Assembly: GCA_964616835.1 (NCBI GenBank)
Contig: CAZTSG010000003.1
Location: 1-60,502, forward strand
Length of the DNA: 60,502 bases
DNA from: an uncultured Nitrososphaerota archaeon
GTDB lineage: Archaea; Thermoproteota; EX4484-205; JAAOZP01
Reading direction: 5' to 3'
A program made the translations under genes and the position numbers. The notes below the pieces were generated by a model. That model was not told the origin of the DNA, did no database searches, and saw only the letters and a list, made by a program, of their open reading frames with translations. Of this stretch, positions 54,945-60,502 are shown piece after piece. Within the stretch, counting starts at the first letter, position 1. Every line of letters begins with the position of its first letter.

Positions 54945-55865
54945 TTAAACTGGCTCTAGCCAGTGCGAATACTTTTCTGACTCTCCCCTAACTATCTTAA
55001 AGAACTCTTCCTGTATCCTTCTGGTGATTGGGCCAGGCTTTCCGTCTCCAATCTTATAATTATCCATCTCGACCACAGGCACTACTTCAGCTGCTGTACC
55101 CGTCATGAAGGCTTCGTCAGCATAGTAGAAGTCTATTCTCGTCAAGTCTCTCTCAACAACCTGGATGCCCAGGTCCCTTGCTATTTGGAAGACAGAGTCC
55201 CTAGTTATTCCCTCGAGTATTCCGGATGCTGTCGATGGAGTGTATATCACGCCGTTCCTCACCATGAAAATGTTTTCGCCGCTTCCTTCTGAAACCATGC
55301 CGCGCGAGTCGAGCATAACCGCCTCGTCGTAGCCAGCCATCTTAGCCTCAACCTTGGCGAGCACGCTGTTAATATACTGTCCAGTGGCCTTAACGCCCGC
55401 GGGAATAGTGTTGACATCTATCCTCCTGAAGGAAGAGGTTTTCACTCTTATCCCGTTCCTTATGCCTTCGTCGCCCAGATAGGTTCCCCAGGACCATGCT
55501 GCCACAACGACGTCAACAGGCGAGTTCAAAGGGTAGAGGCCCATCTCGCCGTAGCCCCTGAAGGCTATCGGCCTTATGTAAGCGCTCTTGAGACCGTTCT
55601 CCCTCACAACCGCTTTACAGGCTTCCCTAAGCTCTTCTAGAGAATAAGGCATCTCCATGAAGTATATTTTTGCTGAGCGATAGAATCTTTTCAAATGGTC
55701 TGTTAGCCTGAATACTGCCGTGCCCCTCCTGGTTTCATAGGCTCTTATGCCTTCGAAAACGCCTGTGCCATAGTGTAGGCCGTGCGTGAGAACATGTATC
55801 TTAGCGTCGTGCCAGTCCACCAGCTTGCCGTTGAACCATATTTTGCTAACCTCCTGTATCGGCAT
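54945..55865 (-). CDS. ilvE: Branched-chain amino acid aminotransferase (fold type IV)
   Basis: WFNGKLV, GLHYGTGVFEGIRAY, VKATGQYINSVLA, EGSGENIF, GITR. Confidence 0.9.
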   Translation of the reverse strand: MPIQEVSKIWFNGKLVDWHDAKIHVLTHGLHYGTGVFEGIRAYETRRGTAVFRLTDHLKRFYRSAKIYFMEMPYSLEELREACKAVVRENGLKSAYIRPIAFRGYGEMGLYPLNSPVDVVVAAWSWGTYLGDEGIRNGIRVKTSSFRRIDVNTIPAGVKATGQYINSVLAKVEAKMAGYDEAVMLDSRGMVSEGSGENIFMVRNGVIYTPSTASGILEGITRDSVFQIARDLGIQVVERDLTRIDFYYADEAFMTGTAAEVVPVVEMDNYKIGDGKPGPITRRIQEEFFKIVRGESEKYSHWLEPV

Positions 55866-55939
55866 GGCTAATACACGCTAGCGTTAGCATTCATTAGAAA
55901 ACAGGATATAAACTTTCCTAGATCCTTATGCTAGATTAT

Positions 55940-58147
55940 TCAGACTATTATTATCTCCCTCTTCCTGCTGAAGGCGTAGAGCAAAACTATGATAATGGCC
56001 GCGCTGACGGCGAGGAGGATGATCGTAAGCATGTTCAAGCCGGTTTTCAAAGGCTGCGTCTCCCCGCCGGGCTTCACAATAATGCTTAGTCCCTTACCCA
56101 GAGTGGGTTGGACGACAGAATAGCTAAGCGCCTCCGATTTCTCCCCTAGATTATCAAGTATGGAGTAGTCTACGACTACTATTATCTCAGAGTTGTTCGA
56201 GAACAGTAGGCTAAGCTCCTGTCCGTTCCAGAGCTTTAAGATATTTCCCTTGCTGTGGGTGCGGAACTGGGTGATGGTTATGCTACCGTTTGAAACCTCT
56301 ATGCCTAGATCCACCAAGTTCTGTGTAATCGTAGAATTCTTCAGCAAGACTCCTTTAAAAGTACCGTTGTAGTAAACCCTGACTGTCCTTACCCCAATCC
56401 TAGTGTCGTTGTCGAACAGTATGGAGCAGAGCCTCAGACAGTCCTCTTCCTCCTTGAAAACCGGCTTAAAGACGATGCTTCCTCCACTCTCAGCCTCAGG
56501 GGCTGAGAGCCTTATCAGATTCTCGCTGTAATCCATGAGCCTGAGGAATGTGGAAAGCTCGTCGTAGGCTTTTCTAAGAGAAGTCATATTGCTTTCTAAA
56601 ATCTCTCCAATGCTCGCCATGCTTGAAGAAGCGTTTTCAAGGAGCGGCATCATGCTCGACATGTTCGCACCAATCATGATGTTAGCCTCCCCGATTAGCC
56701 TCAACGCTGAACTAATCTCTGAGAGCGCTGAAGAAACGTAGCGAAGCCCAGAGAGCCCAGTGCTTAGCCCAGAGCCCATGCTCACCATTTCCGAACGGTA
56801 TTCTTCAAGCACGTTGACGAAGTGCAAGAGGCTGTTGAACAATGGGCCTATTTGAGACCTAGCTGATTCCAATTGAAGCTCGAAGTTTTTTAAACGATTA
56901 TACAGAGAGTCTATTCTCTCAATAGCACGGTCGATAAGAGCTATTTGATCCGGGTCTGTTAAATTGCTTCTCAAATCCACTAGGATCTCTCTAATCTCTA
57001 GCAGATCGTTCTCCGCATCAGTAATCATTCTAAGCGTCATGTTTAAAGCGTTTGAAGCAATACTCCTAGACGATTCGAGAAACGTACGGATTTGGTTGAA
57101 ATCCACCTTAGAAATGTTCTCGATGATCGTGGACAGCATTGAAGTAGCCTTGGATAGTTGAGAAGCCGCATAACCGAGCTCGGAGCCTATTGTTCCTAGA
57201 ATATCGCTCATTGCAACAGCCTGATTTCCAGTGAATTCCAGAGTAGAGCTTAGGTTTCCAAGCATGCTCTTCATAAGGTCTACGAATTCCGTGAAATTGC
57301 TCATAGGAGCAAGGAACATTTCCATCATGCTTATAGACATGTTTAAAGATTTCAACTGGGAAGTCAGCGACTCCCTGATCGAACTCCCCATCGGCGAGAA
57401 AGATACTGATATCGGCGTCAACGGGATAGTGCCCCAGTCGTCGAAAGCCCCTATAACAGCCTTAACGTTGATTTCAGCATCGTCTTTAAGTATGAACATC
57501 CATGAAACAGTATCCTTCTCAAGCATGCTGGTCATGTTGAACGGGGGGTCGTAAGCAATGTCTCTAAAGTATTTCTCTGGAAGCGTTATTGAAACAGATA
57601 CGAAGACGGGAGGCCTTGAGGAAATGTTCGTCTCGGGGTCGAGGAGAATACGATAATTGTTCCTAAGCCTTATCCTCCACTCTACAGTATCGTTCTCCTT
57701 AGACTCCACGAAGAAGACGCCGTAGGCAGAGGAGTAAGCAGGTTTCACTCCATTAACCCTTGTCTCCACATCGATGCTGAGAGGAGTCCAGAGAGGCTTG
57801 CCTCGTATTTCAAAAATGTTCACGCCAGGATTGGCTTGGACAACCCATTCGACGAGACAGAAGTCCCCGGAGTAGCCTATTAGCCTCGCCTCCTTAGGAA
57901 GCTCCAGTGTTGAAGCATTAATCCTGAATAACCTTTGTGTGAAGCGATGCTCTGCAACCGATTCGCCGTCGTTCTTAACAGTTATAGTGGACTTATACTC
58001 TAGGGTGTAGCCTTCGGTTAAGGGGTTTACTTCAGCAGTGTACGTGGATAATTCGCTCACGCTTATCTTCTTCCCATTCGGCAGTGCTAACAGCGTATTT
58101 GGAGCTACCAGGATCGCGGCGAGCAGGAGTGGAAGCAGGTGTTTCAA
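55940..58147 (-). CDS. Large hypothetical surface protein: signal peptide, beta-rich N-domain, ~290-aa Ser/Leu/Asn-rich helical core, beta-rich C-domain, C-terminal TM anchor
   Basis: N-terminal MKHLLPLLLAAILVAP and C-terminal LTIILLAVSAAIIIVLLYAFSRKRE. Well over a dozen N-x-S/T sequons by eye. It overlaps the upstream ABC ATPase gene by 4 nt. Confidence 0.6.
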   Translation of the reverse strand: MKHLLPLLLAAILVAPNTLLALPNGKKISVSELSTYTAEVNPLTEGYTLEYKSTITVKNDGESVAEHRFTQRLFRINASTLELPKEARLIGYSGDFCLVEWVVQANPGVNIFEIRGKPLWTPLSIDVETRVNGVKPAYSSAYGVFFVESKENDTVEWRIRLRNNYRILLDPETNISSRPPVFVSVSITLPEKYFRDIAYDPPFNMTSMLEKDTVSWMFILKDDAEINVKAVIGAFDDWGTIPLTPISVSFSPMGSSIRESLTSQLKSLNMSISMMEMFLAPMSNFTEFVDLMKSMLGNLSSTLEFTGNQAVAMSDILGTIGSELGYAASQLSKATSMLSTIIENISKVDFNQIRTFLESSRSIASNALNMTLRMITDAENDLLEIREILVDLRSNLTDPDQIALIDRAIERIDSLYNRLKNFELQLESARSQIGPLFNSLLHFVNVLEEYRSEMVSMGSGLSTGLSGLRYVSSALSEISSALRLIGEANIMIGANMSSMMPLLENASSSMASIGEILESNMTSLRKAYDELSTFLRLMDYSENLIRLSAPEAESGGSIVFKPVFKEEEDCLRLCSILFDNDTRIGVRTVRVYYNGTFKGVLLKNSTITQNLVDLGIEVSNGSITITQFRTHSKGNILKLWNGQELSLLFSNNSEIIVVVDYSILDNLGEKSEALSYSVVQPTLGKGLSIIVKPGGETQPLKTGLNMLTIILLAVSAAIIIVLLYAFSRKREIIIV

Positions 58148-59022
58148 TGCTTAACCCTCGCCTCCTTATCCTCAAGGTTTTTCAAAGCCCTCTCATAGGC
58201 CTCGCCCGATATCATTCTGCTCTTGAAAAGCCTCTCAATATTCTCTCTCTCAAGCTTCAAAATGTCTAGTTGAATCCTCCTCTTAGACTCCAGAGCCTCC
58301 TCGCCCATGGGCATGCGCTCAAGGAAGCTCCTCGGCGCCTCTTCGTACAGCTGGCCGTCCCTCATGAAGAATATCTTGTTAGTTATTCTCGCGAGCTCAA
58401 CGTTGTGTGTGACGATTATTATAGTGTTGCCGAAGCTGTTTAACAGCTTGAGGGTAGCAATTATCTCTGCGGAGGACGAGACGTCCAGGTTCCCGGTGGG
58501 CTCGTCAGCCAGTATGTAAGTAGGGTTGTTGGCGAGTGCTCTCGCTATAGCAACCTTCTGCTGCTGTCCTCCGCTAAGCCTGTTAGGAGGGTTCCTCAAC
58601 CTATCCTCCGGGAAGCCGACTAGCCTCAGGAGGTGGAGGGCCTTAAGCCTAGCCTCTTTCAGCGTGTACCTTCTAGAGAGCAGCATCGGCAGCATAACGT
58701 TCTCTAAGGCTGAAAGGTTGGTTATGAGGTTGAAGAATTGGAAGACGAAGCCTATCTTGTTCTTCCTGAACGCTGTGAGACTGCTCTCGCTGAGCTCAGT
58801 AACGTCAACACCGTCTATCAAAACCCTCCCAGAAGTAGGCCTATCCAGGGTTCCAGCTATGTGTAGGAGAGTAGACTTCCCCGAGCCCGAGGGACCTATG
58901 ATCGATATGAAATCTCCCTTTTCAACCCTGAGCGAAACGTTCTTCAGTGCTTTAACTTCAATGTCCTTACCCAACAGGTATGTTTTCGAAACGCTTACGC
59001 ATTCTAACGCTGGACTACTCAT
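58144..59022 (-). CDS. MacB/LolD-type ABC ATP-binding protein with a ~60-aa C-terminal extension
   Basis: Walker A GPSGSGKST, signature LSGGQQQKVAIARAL, Walker B ILADEPTGNLD, H-loop VTHN. The extra tail is ...LERENIERLFKSRMISGEAYERALKNLEDKEARVKH. Confidence 0.9.
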   Translation of the reverse strand: MSSPALECVSVSKTYLLGKDIEVKALKNVSLRVEKGDFISIIGPSGSGKSTLLHIAGTLDRPTSGRVLIDGVDVTELSESSLTAFRKNKIGFVFQFFNLITNLSALENVMLPMLLSRRYTLKEARLKALHLLRLVGFPEDRLRNPPNRLSGGQQQKVAIARALANNPTYILADEPTGNLDVSSSAEIIATLKLLNSFGNTIIIVTHNVELARITNKIFFMRDGQLYEEAPRSFLERMPMGEEALESKRRIQLDILKLERENIERLFKSRMISGEAYERALKNLEDKEARVKH

Positions 59023-60175
59023 ACCTCAACGCCTCCACAGGCCTTATTCTCGAAGCGTTGAGAGAAGGCAGGAGGCTGCTCAGGAAGCTGGCTGTGATAG
59101 CGATCGCCAAGCCGTTTACGAATGGTTCTGGAGACAGGATGAACGGCAGGCTTATCTCGAACCTGAACATCCTGGGGAGAACCTGTTTAATAACAACGTA
59201 GCCTAAGCCTATTCCCAAAAAAGAGCCTATGAACCCGCCCAGTAAGCCAAGTATAAGACCCTCCATTAGGAAGACGTAGAGTATCTGCGCTGGGGAGGTG
59301 CCTATCGACTTTAAAACACCTATCTCCCTTATCTTCTCCCTTATGCTCATCGTCACAGAGTTCATCGTGCCAACGCCTGCTACAACTATGCTTATCGCGC
59401 TTATCGTGAATATTACAGCGTCTATCGTGTTCAGTATGGACTGGGCCTGGTCGAGAACATCCTCCTCGGTTGAGACAGCGAGGTTGGGGTAGGTAATCTT
59501 TATAGCGTTTACGACGGAGCTAACGTTACTGGGGTCGTTAACCCTCACCAGTATCATGTCGGCAACCCCCCTCTTGTTCAAGAGCTTCTCACCCTGCTCC
59601 AGGCTTACTGCAACCACGGACGCTGGCCCGGCTAGAGCAGCCTGGAGGAGCCCACCGACCTCAGATAAGCCCACCACTTTGAAAGAAACACCCTCCTGCG
59701 CGTATGGCGTAACAAGCCTGACGGTAGAACCTATTGAAATACCCATTCTCGTCGCAGACTCCTTTGGCATTAAGCACTCCAGAGCATTGGGCGACGATAT
59801 GCTTGACCCGTTCAGGATTGTTTGGAAAGACTGTATCTCGTCAACTGGGACGGCTAGTATGAAAGCATTGTTAGACTCCACTAGGCCCGAGCCCACTATC
59901 ACTGGGACGGCCTTCTTCACACCGGGTATGTTATTCAGCAAGTGTACGACGTATACTGAGATCGGCTCGCTATTCCTCATCCTAACTATTATTGAGGAGC
60001 CTAGGAGCGTGTTTATGCTCTCCCCCACTTTCGCACGCAATCCTAGCGAGACTATGAAGAGCGAGACTAGCGAGGCTATTCCTATCGCTATGCCGAGGGC
60101 TGTGAGGCCCGTCCTAACCTTCTTACCCCACAGGTCTCTCAGCGCATATCTGGCTAGGTAGAGAAGCGTAATCAT
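59015..60175 (-). CDS. FtsX-like (MacB-type) ABC transporter permease
   Basis: N-terminal ARYALRDLWGKKVRTGLTALGIAIGIASL, a large extracytoplasmic loop, and C-terminal FtsX-type 3-TM bundle with REIGVLKSIG. Confidence 0.85.
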   Translation of the reverse strand: MITLLYLARYALRDLWGKKVRTGLTALGIAIGIASLVSLFIVSLGLRAKVGESINTLLGSSIIVRMRNSEPISVYVVHLLNNIPGVKKAVPVIVGSGLVESNNAFILAVPVDEIQSFQTILNGSSISSPNALECLMPKESATRMGISIGSTVRLVTPYAQEGVSFKVVGLSEVGGLLQAALAGPASVVAVSLEQGEKLLNKRGVADMILVRVNDPSNVSSVVNAIKITYPNLAVSTEEDVLDQAQSILNTIDAVIFTISAISIVVAGVGTMNSVTMSIREKIREIGVLKSIGTSPAQILYVFLMEGLILGLLGGFIGSFLGIGLGYVVIKQVLPRMFRFEISLPFILSPEPFVNGLAIAITASFLSSLLPSLNASRIRPVEALRYE

Positions 60176-60211
60176 TCCCCCGCTAGTCTACTGCCAGGTG
60201 GATAAAAATCT

Positions 60212-60502
60212 TTACAGCAGGTATATTGCTGCGCCTAGCAATCCTGCTAGTAGGCATGAGGAGAAGTTTACAGCATTATTGTCGAAAAGCTTGAAACCCC
60301 TGATCAAGACGCATTCGCCACCGCACTTACGCGGGTCCTCGTAGAACAAGCCTGTCTCTTTAGAAACGTAGAGTGCTTGGACAGTAGCCCCCAAGAGGCT
60401 GTCTATAATCATCCCTAGGAAGCCTGCGGAGGCGCTGGCAACAACCAGACGAGTATAATCCTTAAAGTTGAGAAAAATCCCCCCAACCCCCGCCACGCCA
60501 GT
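60212..60502 (-). CDS. DUF92 (TMEM19-like) integral membrane protein, C-terminal part; N-terminus lies beyond the window
   Basis: The frame stays open to the window edge. IDSLLGATVQ...C..GGEC...G...FDNNAVNF matches my recollection of the DUF92 C-terminal region. Confidence 0.5.
   Translation of the reverse strand, partial: TGVAGVGGIFLNFKDYTRLVVASASAGFLGMIIDSLLGATVQALYVSKETGLFYEDPRKCGGECVLIRGFKLFDNNAVNFSSCLLAGLLGAAIYLL

Noticed and set aside
58526-60161. Long plus-strand ORFs 58526..59206 (226 aa) and 59556..60161 (201 aa)
   Set aside because: They are antisense to the ABC ATPase (Walker A/B and signature motifs) and the FtsX permease. Their composition (Ser/Leu/Pro/Thr-rich) is typical of shadow frames.
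1-60502. CRISPR arrays, tRNA/rRNA genes, transposases or integrases
   Set aside because: I scanned the intergenic regions by eye for regularly spaced direct repeats, cloverleaf-like GC-rich segments and IS-type ORFs and recognised none. A tRNAscan, Rfam or CRISPR-finder run would be needed to exclude small elements.

Overview
Dense archaeal chromosomal segment of about 60 genes. The archaeal call rests on AT-rich TATA-like boxes roughly 25-40 nt upstream of starts, many 1-11 nt gene overlaps, and archaea-typical genes (Hjc-like resolvase, EndoQ, ApgM, PdaD, tungsten AOR, HdrA/MvhD). The K/E/R/I/V-rich proteins suggest a (hyper)thermophile, possibly Thermoproteota/TACK-like, but the taxon cannot be fixed from this window. 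Most of the window is core metabolism. It includes a near-complete de novo pyrimidine supercluster (carA, carB divergent from pyrF-E-B-K-C-D), polyamine genes (speB, pdaD), an AOR-ferredoxin-MoaD-like operon divergent from a polyferredoxin-HdrA/MvhD pair, two ApgM-family paralogs, three GH130 domains, GH3, EndoQ, an NFACT/Rqc2 homolog, TrmI and aminotransferases. I saw no rRNA, tRNA, CRISPR array, transposase or integrase. There are two best candidates for something undescribed. The first is a six-gene, fully overlap-coupled operon (26451-30271, minus strand): an ABC-2 exporter plus four membrane-anchored or secreted proteins of no family I recognise, sitting directly downstream of a LemA-DUF2207 pair. 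The second is a MacB-type ABC operon (55940-60175) whose ATPase carries a SHOCT-like tail and whose third gene encodes a 735-aa surface protein with a long helical core. Other notable items: a ~200-nt GC-rich structured ncRNA (32892-33094) with nested helices compatible with a reduced RNase P RNA; a frameshifted mgtA with an odd C-terminal extension; a frameshifted retropepsin-like gene; and a vapBC-bearing insertion splitting carA from carB. All functional calls come from motif recognition by eye. No database search was run.
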